Shown: positions 17,705 to 26,482 of the stretch, piece by piece | How positions within the stretch are numbered: position 1 is the first letter of the stretch | How the letters are laid out: each line of letters begins with the position of its first letter | Assembly: GCA_040757655.1 (NCBI GenBank) | Contig: JBFLWV010000010.1 | Span: forward strand, 1 to 62,587 | DNA length: 62,587 nt | Source of the DNA: Patescibacteria group bacterium | Lineage (GTDB): Bacteria; Patescibacteriota; Patescibacteriia; 2-02-FULL-49-11 | Direction of reading: 5' to 3' | The notes under the pieces: model-generated | What the model was told of the DNA's origin: nothing | The model's input: only the letters and a program-made list of their open reading frames with translations | Databases searched by the model: none | Position numbers and translations under genes: made by a program

Positions 17705-18325
17705 TCAAATCTGCAGACTAAATTCCGTCAAAGCTTTTTTCACAATTTTATCACTCACCTTAAAGCCGGGCAGATATTCAACTTCTTCCTCATAATTTAT
17801 ACCTTCAAAGTAGGCAAGTTGGCCCCTAAAAAGCTTTTCATTGAATCCGTCAAAGATCTCGCGACTCCTTCGAGAAATTTCACTCACGGAAAAATAATCT
17901 TTAAGAATAAAATACAAATCCACGTAATCTTTCCATTTGGCTCTCTGCCCCAGAGCAAAGGCCTTCATGGCGGAGAGAGTAAGGAGATCGGGCATTTTTA
18001 AATTATCACCAAGACTTTTAGGGCAGGAAATTGTATATGGGTAATGAAAAAAAGTAAATTTCACGCCCTGAACGATAAGCGTAAGTTCGCCAAGCTTGTT
18101 AACGATTATTTCATCCGGAGCGGCCAAAGAAAGAATCTTGTTTAAAATGCTCTGATTGCCAAATTTTTCTTTAGAAAAAAGATCAAAATCTATTGACCGG
18201 CGGTGTCCGAGATGAAGAGCGATCGCGGTGCCCCCAACCAGATAAAAATTTTTTGAAAACATTCTCACTAACGGCAAAAGTTTATTTTGTTCGCTAGTGA
18301 AAATTTCTTTATGTATTTTTATCAT
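17705..18325 (-). CDS. Nucleotidyltransferase AbiEii/AbiGii-family toxin (type IV TA system)
   Basis: The motif FYLVGGTAIALHLGHRRSIDFDLF is the family signature. The ATG at 18325 is preferred. Confidence 0.8.
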   Translation of the reverse strand: MIKIHKEIFTSEQNKLLPLVRMFSKNFYLVGGTAIALHLGHRRSIDFDLFSKEKFGNQSILNKILSLAAPDEIIVNKLGELTLIVQGVKFTFFHYPYTISCPKSLGDNLKMPDLLTLSAMKAFALGQRAKWKDYVDLYFILKDYFSVSEISRRSREIFDGFNEKLFRGQLAYFEGINYEEEVEYLPGFKVSDKIVKKALTEFSLQI

Positions 18326-18581
18326 ATTTATCGAAATATAACTGAAAATAATGTTTGATTTCGGGACGATAATTCTGTCTGCCAAACTTGTCTGGGGTTG
18401 ATTTCTCGCGAAAAATCCGCGCGGCTTTTTTAATGCCTAATATCTTTATCACCTTCTGCACATCGTCCCAATCACCGTAATTTAAAACTGCTTCCAGAAT
18501 AGCCGCATCTGAAAGCCCGTCATAATTCCTTGTGGACCATACCAGATATGGTCTCGTTTTGATAAATGTTTGCAGTGTCAT
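18309..18581 (-). CDS. Small protein upstream of and overlapping AbiEii; presumed cognate antitoxin
   Basis: 90 aa. Its stop overlaps the toxin start by 17 nt. No HTH recognised by eye. Confidence 0.45.
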   Translation of the reverse strand: MTLQTFIKTRPYLVWSTRNYDGLSDAAILEAVLNYGDWDDVQKVIKILGIKKAARIFREKSTPDKFGRQNYRPEIKHYFQLYFDKYDKNT

Positions 18582-18752
18582 AATCTCAATAAAGGAAACC
18601 GCCCCATCCCCTCCTTAGTAAGGAGGGGACACGCGAGAGGGAGGTCTCCGTCATACGACGAAACAAGAATTACCGCGCTCCATGACTTAGTGACTCAATG
18701 ACTCAACACCCGCCGCCTCACCGCATTCGCGTGCATGGTAGCGTGCTCTGCA

Positions 18753-18789
18753 CTCCTCCCCCTGAGCAATCAGTGCATTTTGAGTAAAC
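18753..18789 (+). repeat. 36-bp direct repeat, right copy, immediately after the stop of the pilin-like gene
   Basis: See 17661..17696. Confidence 0.85.
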
Positions 18790-18790
18790 C

Positions 18791-19954
18791 TTAATAACAC
18801 GTTCCACTTTGGCTTCCCCCATCACACTGACATACACCAGAACAACAGTTATCTGTTTCGACCAATTCTGTATAAATCTGACCGGGGAACCGAACTCGGC
18901 ATGTAGGGGTGCACACTGCACCTGGTTGCTTCCAAGGCGTAGAGCGGAATTCCGGTTTCAGTTCACACGTTCCGAGTTGGCTACTAACAGCAACACAGGT
19001 ATAACACGATCGACACTCAGCTAAACTCGCCAGTCCAGATGTAACGCATGCACCATGCGGCTCCACAAGGCACTGATGAGGTATGATAGATTGATCGCAT
19101 ATCAATGGAAGATTGGCGAGAAATGTAGTACCGTCATAAGCGGGAAACATCGCACAATCACTGTTATTTTTACACTCTGTTCCGGGTTGTTTCCAGTCAC
19201 ATAAACCACGCCCGTCTGGCCCACCAGTGGTAAAATGTGTACATAAATTATAACTTGGATCACGTTTCTGGCAATCCGCAACCGTATTACACCCCTCCTC
19301 ACACTTCGCTATGTCGTGACTATATTTATGGCATACGCAGGGCTTGCTTGCACACTCATTGCATGGCGTGCCTGATTCTTTAAATCCTATAGGGACGCCC
19401 TCTTCATTCGTAAGAACGCACGTATCAGCCGATGTACCGGTAAGGGGCGAGACTTTTGCAGGAGTCGCGCACTTTTCAGCCTGTGCGTCCTTTCCCCCTT
19501 CTTTGTATTTCCTGCACGGCGTAATCCACCACGCGTCGTTTGAAAAAATGGTGGCAGGCTTGCCTTCAGTGGGTATGCCTTTAAGTGAAATAATGACCCA
19601 GTTAGGCCACACCCATGCGGCAAGCAGGATGATGAAGAGCCCCACCACTGTGCCGCTTATCATCTTTTTCCCGTGCTCCACTGCCTCTGCTTTGCCTTGG
19701 GAAATCAAGAGCTGAAATCCTCCATACACAAGCAACGCAAGGGCAATGGCGCCAGAAAGCGACAACAAAAACCGCATGCCCTTGCTTGCCATGAGCAAAA
19801 GGTCGCAGATTGAACACGCGCCGCAGTCGAAGCAATCCCGCGCCACCACTTTGTCGGAGAAGAAACTGAAGGCGTGGACGGGAAGCGCGGAAAACGCGAA
19901 GAAGCTGAGTACGAATACAAGGATTATTATATGTAAGAAGCGATAACGCGACAT
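18791..19954 (-). CDS. TrbC/VirB2-like T4SS pilin module fused to a large Cys-rich extracellular domain
   Basis: Signal-like N-terminus, then two hydrophobic helices separated by a QGKAEAVEHGKK loop (VirB2 topology), then about 250 aa with more than 30 Cys. The ATG at 19954 is preferred over the GTG at 19972. Confidence 0.55.
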   Translation of the reverse strand: MSRYRFLHIIILVFVLSFFAFSALPVHAFSFFSDKVVARDCFDCGACSICDLLLMASKGMRFLLSLSGAIALALLVYGGFQLLISQGKAEAVEHGKKMISGTVVGLFIILLAAWVWPNWVIISLKGIPTEGKPATIFSNDAWWITPCRKYKEGGKDAQAEKCATPAKVSPLTGTSADTCVLTNEEGVPIGFKESGTPCNECASKPCVCHKYSHDIAKCEEGCNTVADCQKRDPSYNLCTHFTTGGPDGRGLCDWKQPGTECKNNSDCAMFPAYDGTTFLANLPLICDQSIIPHQCLVEPHGACVTSGLASLAECRSCYTCVAVSSQLGTCELKPEFRSTPWKQPGAVCTPTCRVRFPGQIYTELVETDNCCSGVCQCDGGSQSGTCY

Positions 19955-19971
19955 AATTTTCCAAGTTACCA

Positions 19972-20103
19972 CAAATCCAAAACCAAAAATCCAAACACTA
20001 AAATGATATCTGTTAATCCAAAATTACCGATGGCCTTTCAACGAAATCCTTTTTGAATTGTTCTCTATCATTTTGGATTTTGGGGTTTGGATTTTGGATT
20101 GGC
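19972..20103 (-). mobile_element. Internal-deletion (miniature) derivative of the four-helix-bundle palindromic element
   Basis: Both ends align at high identity with the ends of the element at 40515..40995. The left junction is ...aaaattaccgatggcctttca and the right junction is acgaaatcctttttgaattgttctctatcattttgg.... The roughly 330-bp gene body is missing. Confidence 0.8.
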
Positions 20104-20229
20104 ATAGGAACAGTGGAGGTCTGACATTTGAGTTAATAATTCATTCCATGTGAAATCGTGTAGTAATAATACAAGGGTGATAGAAGAAGAGAGGTTAGTA
20201 GGGCAGCTATTCCTACGGCGGCATCGGCC

Positions 20230-21732
20230 CTATCGTCCATCATCAGCATCTCCTGAATTATTCTTCGGACAATTCTTGGTCTGATTGATATCATATACGC
20301 CCGGCGCGCAGCATGCTGATCGGTGAGTTCCGAGGTCGTTGCCTGATTCAAAATGCCACCATTCCTCACAGAATCTATCGAAACCCACTTCGTTCATCTT
20401 CGCCTGGAATTCCTTGACGACGGGGCCTGTGGGCGGAGTGCCGTCGGGCGGAGCGTAATTTCTGTTAAGCATATTGCACGCAGCGTCATTTGTTACCCCT
20501 GAAGGGAGACTGCCCTGACTTACTTCAAGACACACATCTACCGCAAATCCTGTCTGGTGAGGGGCGTCACATGAGGGTGTCGCCGCTTTCGCGCAGCCTG
20601 AACATTTATACGGACAGCTCACAGGTGTCGTAGCCACGCTGTAATCATAACATCCCCTTAATCCTGTCTGATTTGCCATGGTGCGGTACGCAGACATGAT
20701 GACAAGGGTGAATTTCACTTTCTCATTTTTCCAACTATTCTCTCCTTTAAGCCAATTTTCGAGCTTTTTATTATTAAGCATAGCTATCACTTGAGCCATA
20801 AGTCGCGGCGGCTGTTCCACAGCACCTGGATTATTATTAACAACGATAGACTTATTTGTGAACACCGTAGGATCTGCAATCGACAAAAAATTGGACGATG
20901 ATACGGTCTTAGTGCACTCTTGCGGACCGAAATTGATATCGATGTTTGCCGCTTGTGATTCTACATCTTCCAGAGTGCTCAATGCCGTGTCAAACTCCAC
21001 AAGGCGCGGGTTGATGGTGTAGAAGAGCAAGTATGAGGTGAGCGCAATGATGAAGCCGACAATGGCGCTCATAATGGATGATTTTGCTTCCGTGATCTTT
21101 TCCGGTGACCCGCCTGCCATCAAATACTTGAATCCCCCAATCATGATGCCAATGACTGCCAAGAGGCCGATGGAGGCAATGAGGAAATAATAGATGCCGG
21201 CAATATACTCGCCTATGGTTTTGCTATCCAAAGGAACCGGCTTCCCTGAAATAAAGCCCGTGCCTGGAATTGACACCTGGGGTTTAAATTGAATGGGATC
21301 ACGCTTGGAAGGCGGCACATAGACCTGCATCTTGTCACCAACAGGCGCAAACGCCTGCACTGATTGTTTTACGTCAGGACACGATGCTGCAGCACAATCA
21401 CCACTGTTTTGGTACGTGCACGCATAATACACGCCGTTTTGGGTTTTGATGCCGGTGACGCTAATCTTATTTCCTCCAACCTTGGGCTGAGGAGAGAGCG
21501 GTGCGAGATATTTAAAAGTCACTGGCCCATCGCATGCATCGGGACTAAGTGTTGGATAACAGACGTTCTGTAAGTAATCTTCCTTCTTTATACCTGTCGG
21601 CTGCTTATCATTTATCTTACACACGCAACACTGCGCATGGGCGGGAAGCGGAAAAAAATATGCACCAATCACCAAGAGTCCTGTAAGAAAGGTATATACT
21701 CTTTTACCAATTTGGTTATGATGCATAAACAT
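20230..21732 (-). CDS. Membrane protein with central VirB2-like pilin module and C-terminal M15 (VanY/LAS) peptidoglycan peptidase domain
   Basis: Pilin-like segment IAGIYYFLIASIGLLAVIGIMIGGFKYLMAGGSPEKITEAKSSIMSAIVGFIIALTSYLLF. Peptidase motifs SAYRT..Q, HQTGFAVDV and EWWHFE. Confidence 0.65.
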   Translation of the reverse strand: MFMHHNQIGKRVYTFLTGLLVIGAYFFPLPAHAQCCVCKINDKQPTGIKKEDYLQNVCYPTLSPDACDGPVTFKYLAPLSPQPKVGGNKISVTGIKTQNGVYYACTYQNSGDCAAASCPDVKQSVQAFAPVGDKMQVYVPPSKRDPIQFKPQVSIPGTGFISGKPVPLDSKTIGEYIAGIYYFLIASIGLLAVIGIMIGGFKYLMAGGSPEKITEAKSSIMSAIVGFIIALTSYLLFYTINPRLVEFDTALSTLEDVESQAANIDINFGPQECTKTVSSSNFLSIADPTVFTNKSIVVNNNPGAVEQPPRLMAQVIAMLNNKKLENWLKGENSWKNEKVKFTLVIMSAYRTMANQTGLRGCYDYSVATTPVSCPYKCSGCAKAATPSCDAPHQTGFAVDVCLEVSQGSLPSGVTNDAACNMLNRNYAPPDGTPPTGPVVKEFQAKMNEVGFDRFCEEWWHFESGNDLGTHRSACCAPGVYDINQTKNCPKNNSGDADDGR

Positions 21733-21740
21733 GGACAAGC

Positions 21741-21840
21741 TCAAAACTCAAATCTCAAAACGCAAAACCATAACTCAAAACCCATTAGCTTTGAGTTCTA
21801 AGATGTGGATTTGAGTTTTGAGTTCTGACATTTGAGTTAT
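21741..21840. repeat. Palindromic intergenic element of the caaaactcaaatctca type
   Basis: Left arm caaaactcaaatctcaaaacgcaaaaccataactcaaaa; right arm ctttgagttctaagatgtggatttgagttttgagttctgacatttgagttat. Confidence 0.8.
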
Positions 21841-22661
21841 AGTTTAATCAATCTCTCAATCTCCTCCGTTGTGATTCCTCCCGTTAATCTGTACTCTCCT
21901 ACAAACAAAGTAGGTATCCCTTCAATATCCAACGCCTGCGCCTCCTCCATGCCTTGGTTTACGAGATCCGTTGTTGCGCGCTCTTCCACGCAGCGGTTGA
22001 ATTCATTTAGATCTAGCCCAAGCTCTGTAATAATTGTACCATAATTTTGGGTTTTGGGTTTTGGGTTTTGGATTTCCACAATTGCCTCATGAAATTCCCA
22101 GAATTTCCCCTGGTTTTGGGCGCAGCGAGCAGCAAGCGCCGCAGGGCGGGAATCAGGGTTTAAGGGATTGGGGAAGTCCTTCCACACTAGATACGCGGAT
22201 GGTCGCAGATAAGACGCAGATGAACGCAGATCAGTTGACGCAGATCTACGCAGATCGTCACGCGTGGAATTATCGCGGATATACGCGGATACTTGTGTGA
22301 CCGCATTGCGGCATGTTTGGCTAAGGTGGTCGCAAAACAGCACCATTGCTACCTCACCCTCTCCCCATGTCGGATCAGTGGGCAGGATGGTGGGCGTGTA
22401 AGGCGTATCTTCGCGCAAAGGAGCAGAAGGTCTGACCAAGGTGATGAGAGGATCGCGAAAGGTGCCCTGTGAAATATTGTCGGAGATAGGGTAGTCAGAG
22501 ACAACCCCCCGTAGTAGAACTGATTCACTACGGGGCAAGTCTGACGCTATATTATATGAGGTAATAAAGCCAACCGCACTGCTGCCAAACGCAAGCGCGC
22601 CAAGACCGAGGGTGGCGAGGGAGAATAAAATAATAGTGAATGTATGCGAGGGTAGTTTCAT
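21837..22661 (-). CDS. DsbA-family thioredoxin-fold protein with atypical active site and two repeat-derived insertions
   Basis: N-terminal TM helix and a C-terminal IEGIPTLFVGEYRLTGG motif. The active-site position reads SQTC rather than CxxC. The ATG at 22661 is preferred. Confidence 0.6.
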   Translation of the reverse strand: MKLPSHTFTIILFSLATLGLGALAFGSSAVGFITSYNIASDLPRSESVLLRGVVSDYPISDNISQGTFRDPLITLVRPSAPLREDTPYTPTILPTDPTWGEGEVAMVLFCDHLSQTCRNAVTQVSAYIRDNSTRDDLRRSASTDLRSSASYLRPSAYLVWKDFPNPLNPDSRPAALAARCAQNQGKFWEFHEAIVEIQNPKPKTQNYGTIITELGLDLNEFNRCVEERATTDLVNQGMEEAQALDIEGIPTLFVGEYRLTGGITTEEIERLIKL

Positions 22662-22798
22662 AACTAAATGAGCACAAATCCAAATCCCAAAATAAGAGAA
22701 GTAACTCAAAACTCAAATCTCATAACTCAAAACCATAACGTAAAAACGATAAATCCCAAATCCCAATATCAAATTTCCAATAAAATCTCAAATCACAA

Positions 22799-23179
22799 CT
22801 AACTTTTAGATCTACTTCCGCTTAAAATTGAAGAAAATATAAAGACGAACTCCTGCGCTTCTTTCCACAAGACACGACATTGCGGTTGCGTTACTGGATT
22901 CGCCTTGGCAACCATGCGAAACCAATGCATACTTTCTTTTGCTTCTTTTCGCGCAATACCGATCTTGTGTTCGAAATCCTTCTTTGACTCTGCCGCGTCT
23001 GCCTCCATATAGTTGGCGCCAATACTCGTCGCAGCCCGAATAAGTTGGCTAATGAGAGGTGAATTGAGTGCGTTTCGTTCTAATCCTTGCACAAAGGTAA
23101 TCACGTTCTCTCCAAATCTTGCCGTACGCTCTATGAGGTCATATGTTTTTGTATTTGGGCTTGGGATTTTATTTGACAT
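22799..23179 (-). CDS. Four-helix-bundle protein (23S rRNA intervening-sequence protein family)
   Basis: Family motifs QLIRAATSIGANYMEA and KDFEHKIGIARKEAKESMHWF. Flanked by inverted simple-repeat arms. Confidence 0.85.
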   Translation of the reverse strand: MSNKIPSPNTKTYDLIERTARFGENVITFVQGLERNALNSPLISQLIRAATSIGANYMEADAAESKKDFEHKIGIARKEAKESMHWFRMVAKANPVTQPQCRVLWKEAQEFVFIFSSILSGSRSKS

Positions 23180-23280
23180 TGGGATTTTGAAATTGGGATT
23201 TACCCGCTGGTTCTGACATTTGAGTTCTCCTATGTGGGTATGACGTTCATCTCTATAAAGTTACTCTCCTTAAACACATC

Positions 23281-24561
23281 TCATTTTAATCTTACTCGAA
23301 ACACTTTCTCAAACGTCTCCAGGAAAAGTGAGGAGCTGTCCTGCGTAAGGTAGAGCTTACTCACGTCTTTCACGGTTTGCAGTCCTTCTTCCACTGGCAC
23401 GGCAATGCGGTGGTTGATGCCGCTGCCCAAGTCTGTCCGCCACAGGCTGTAGACGATGTTGCGCGCGGCATCCGGCACAAGCCCCGCACCAGGCGGGAGC
23501 TCGTCAGGCACGGCGCAATACACCGTCATGCTGTCTGCACCAAACGCGCAGCGATCTACCCACGTCGACAATCCCAATGCGTATTGACGCTGACCTGTCC
23601 GCTCTCCCCCAACGTCTGCCACCCACACCACAGGGATATACCCAGCGCTTGCAAGCACCGTGGAGTAGAGCATGCGCCTGCCGTCCGGAGACCAGATGCC
23701 GGAGAATTGCGACCCTTCCACTTCAAGCGACTTGAAATTCTCTCCCTGCATGCCGATGAAAAATATCTCTTCGCGGTCGATGCCAGAGGGCTTTCGGTAC
23801 GTGGCAACGACTTTGTAGTCAGGCGACCACTGGGGATCCACGAGCATCCCGCGGTCGCCGGTTGCCTGCACTGCTTTTGCGCCAGTCCCGTCCACATTGG
23901 AAACCACGACCCAGTTATCGCGCACGTCTCCGGTCTCTAATTTATAGGATAGAGCCCCCCCGTCTTGCCTGAAAGAGGGCGCCGTCAAGTCCCGCGGCAG
24001 CACCGCGCTCTTTTTGGTCGTGAAGTCGTAGTACACGTTCGAGCCGTCCTCATACTCAAGGATCGCGCTGTCCCCTTGCGGCGCCCATACGACATCTGCA
24101 ACGCCAGGGAAGGACTCATTAGAAAGCAGACGCTTTCCTGTCCCGTCAGCGCTTACGCGGTAAAATTTGGTATCAGTTGGATTGTAATAACTCAAACCCC
24201 CGCTAGGACTCACGTCAATGTTCATAGGGAACCCTTCCACAACCGCTTCCGCGCGCGTTTCTCTTCCGCGCGCCACGTCATCAACCACGGGCTGATAACC
24301 GGTACCTAAAGGCTGACCAGCAGTTTCTCCTCCGCGCTCAATCGGCAGTCCTCCCTCTGTAGGCCCTCGCACCTGCCCGCCTCTCCCTTCCTCGGCACCC
24401 GGCAAAGCGCCCACGCCGCCCCCTTCCCGCGGCGCGACGCCGGGTACGCTAAACAAACCAAACCGCCAGCCGATGAAAATAATGATTGCGGCGGTGCCGA
24501 TGACCCCAAACATGATGAGGCCGATGCCGATTAAAAATCTGACATTGAAACGTGGTAACAT
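23281..24561 (-). CDS. Membrane-anchored TolB-like beta-propeller protein (PD40/WD40-like repeats)
   Basis: N-terminal TM helix, a Gly-rich linker, and repeated WSPDG/WSPDY/WAPQGD motifs. Confidence 0.7.
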   Translation of the reverse strand: MLPRFNVRFLIGIGLIMFGVIGTAAIIIFIGWRFGLFSVPGVAPREGGGVGALPGAEEGRGGQVRGPTEGGLPIERGGETAGQPLGTGYQPVVDDVARGRETRAEAVVEGFPMNIDVSPSGGLSYYNPTDTKFYRVSADGTGKRLLSNESFPGVADVVWAPQGDSAILEYEDGSNVYYDFTTKKSAVLPRDLTAPSFRQDGGALSYKLETGDVRDNWVVVSNVDGTGAKAVQATGDRGMLVDPQWSPDYKVVATYRKPSGIDREEIFFIGMQGENFKSLEVEGSQFSGIWSPDGRRMLYSTVLASAGYIPVVWVADVGGERTGQRQYALGLSTWVDRCAFGADSMTVYCAVPDELPPGAGLVPDAARNIVYSLWRTDLGSGINHRIAVPVEEGLQTVKDVSKLYLTQDSSSLFLETFEKVFRVRLK

Positions 24562-24589
24562 AGTAAATCAAACACAAAATTACTAACTG

Positions 24590-24758
24590 TAAGATATAAA
24601 CTCAAAACTTAAATCTCAAAGCGCAAAACTATAACGCAAAACTAAAAAGCTTTGAGATTTGAGATATGGATTTGAGATTTGAGTTCTGACATTTGAGTTA
24701 TGCTGTTGCGGTTTGAAATTCTCGTTGGCATTTGAACTTTGATCTTTGGCATTTTCAA
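24590..24758. repeat. Compound palindromic intergenic simple-repeat element
   Basis: aaactcaaaacttaaatctcaaagcgcaaaactataacgcaaaac ... ctttgagatttgagatatggatttgagatttgagttctgacatttgagtt, plus a second arm pair. Confidence 0.75.
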
Positions 24759-25634
24759 TTAGCCGGGCAACTCCTTCTTCTCCTCCAGAGAGGACGGCTT
24801 GGTTTCCACTTCTGATCGGAAATAAATGTAGAGCACCGAAAAAGTCCAGATGGGGATAAAGCCAAGCCCCGGAATCATCTCTAAAAGGGCAGGCCCCAGT
24901 GAGCGGACAAGGCGCGTCGCGAAAGAGAGATTGTTCTTCCCCAACATCGCCCAAAACGTCAACCCGATCAAAGCGTCCACGATCCAATCAAGCCATGAGG
25001 CAAGCTCCAAGGTACCTACGTCCAGACAATCCTTAAACACTGCCATGCCGATGAGAATGAGCCACACCATGAATGAATGCGGCCGCGCCTGTATTCCATG
25101 CAATTTCTTCGGCCTTTTCTTAAATTTATCCCACGCGCCTTTTACGTTTCCCTTCATTAAATTTTTCTTCCATTCATTACGCTGCTGGTCATTCATTCGC
25201 TTAAACGCCGCTTCGCGTTCTGCTACACGGCTCATGGCGCCCGCGACGCCTTGGGGGCTCTTCGCCATGGCTCCGAAAGAATTTGCTAAAGGGCCTCCCC
25301 CCATCATTTTTGTCATACCCTTCCCCATTCTTCCCGCCGTCTTTCCAATACCAGCCATATGTTTCTCGTTCTGCTTCTGCCGCGCCAACTCATGCACATA
25401 CTGCTGCTGTTGACGCGCGGCATCATGCTCTGCCTGACGCTGGCGAATTTTATCCAGAAACCCCTGCTTCTCACCCTCCGGTGGACGTTGTCCCGTCGCG
25501 CTATAGCTTCGGTCCCCTCGATCCTTTGCCTGCATCACACCTCCTGCGCCTACCTGTCCTTGCTTGTACAAATTCTTCAATTCCTTCTTTCTATCCTTGC
25601 TGGGGATGTTTGGTTGTGCTTCCGTAGCGGGCAT
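24759..25634 (-). CDS. Hypothetical membrane protein (charged N-terminal half, 3-4 C-terminal TM helices)
   Basis: Long ORF in an operon context with hydrophobic helices in the last roughly 110 aa. No motif recognised. Confidence 0.55.
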   Translation of the reverse strand: MPATEAQPNIPSKDRKKELKNLYKQGQVGAGGVMQAKDRGDRSYSATGQRPPEGEKQGFLDKIRQRQAEHDAARQQQQYVHELARQKQNEKHMAGIGKTAGRMGKGMTKMMGGGPLANSFGAMAKSPQGVAGAMSRVAEREAAFKRMNDQQRNEWKKNLMKGNVKGAWDKFKKRPKKLHGIQARPHSFMVWLILIGMAVFKDCLDVGTLELASWLDWIVDALIGLTFWAMLGKNNLSFATRLVRSLGPALLEMIPGLGFIPIWTFSVLYIYFRSEVETKPSSLEEKKELPG

Positions 25635-25649
25635 ATAGATCTGCGAGAT

Positions 25650-25750
25650 AATTCAAAGGTCAAAAATCAAAACTTAAAATTGCAACTTAAAATCCAAAAG
25701 TTTTAACTTTTAACTTGAACCTTTGACTTTTGCCTTTTGAATTTTGACTT
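25650..25750. repeat. Palindromic intergenic simple-repeat element
   Basis: Left arm aattcaaaggtcaaaaatcaaaacttaaaattgcaacttaaaatccaaaag; right arm ttttaacttttaacttgaacctttgacttttgccttttgaattttgac. Confidence 0.75.
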
Positions 25751-26399
25751 ATGGTTCAGCTTTCTCCGGGCGCCAGTACGCGCCACTCACCTTCCACATC
25801 CCCTCCTCCTTAGCCATGCGCACTTCCAGCTCCTGATACCACACCCGCATATTTCCTCCAAGACCATGCGATTCCACGCGCTGGGTATTGACTATAAAAG
25901 TCGCCAAATCCTGGTTTGGGTTGAATTCATGCTCCTTCACGCTCAACGCTTTCGTGCGCACGCCAAGATAAAGGGTACGATCTGCCCCTGTTACGCCTTG
26001 CGCGCGCTCCTGCGTGAGGGCAAACGCTTGCATGCCTTTAGTCATGAAGGGTATGATGGTCTGTGCATGAAAAACGTCCTGCTGGTTTGAATAACTTCCC
26101 CATCGTTCTGCAAATACGAGCGCAAGCTGGGTGAGGTCGCTGTGAAGCTGCGCCTGTGGGTCGAGAGGTAGGGATGCTTTGGGTGTGGCAGGATTGGCGC
26201 GCGGCTGATTTTGCGGCGGCGCAGTAGGTTGTGGGGGGGTGGCAGCGGCTGGCTGCTGCTGCACTGACTCGATTAACGTTTTCGTATCCGTAGAGAGAGG
26301 CGCGCGCGTCCTGCGGAGTGCAAAAAAGTACGCGAACGCGGCGAGAAGAAGAATGCCGGAAAATATTAACAATAATCTTATACGAGAACTCATAAGCAC
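25749..26399 (-). CDS. Hypothetical secreted or membrane-anchored protein
   Basis: N-terminal TM/signal helix LLLIFSGILLLAAFAYFFAL, then a Pro/Gln-rich linker and a globular domain. Confidence 0.55.
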   Translation of the reverse strand: MLMSSRIRLLLIFSGILLLAAFAYFFALRRTRAPLSTDTKTLIESVQQQPAAATPPQPTAPPQNQPRANPATPKASLPLDPQAQLHSDLTQLALVFAERWGSYSNQQDVFHAQTIIPFMTKGMQAFALTQERAQGVTGADRTLYLGVRTKALSVKEHEFNPNQDLATFIVNTQRVESHGLGGNMRVWYQELEVRMAKEEGMWKVSGAYWRPEKAEP

Positions 26400-26482
26400 T
26401 TACTAATCCAAATCCCAAAAACCAAACGAAGAAATAACAACTCAAAACTCAAATCTCAGAACTCAAAGCCATAACGTAGAAC

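Noticed and set aside
22193-22292. CRISPR array interpretation of the CGCAGAT arrays and of the aaatccaaa-type arrays.
   Set aside because: The units are only 7-11 bp with no unique spacers of CRISPR length. No cas genes are present, and many arrays lie in frame inside conserved genes.
24616-24987. 123-aa ORF overlapping the 3' end of the 291-aa gene and the intergenic palindrome.
   Set aside because: It overlaps a longer, better-supported ORF, and its C-terminal part is a translation of the simple repeats.
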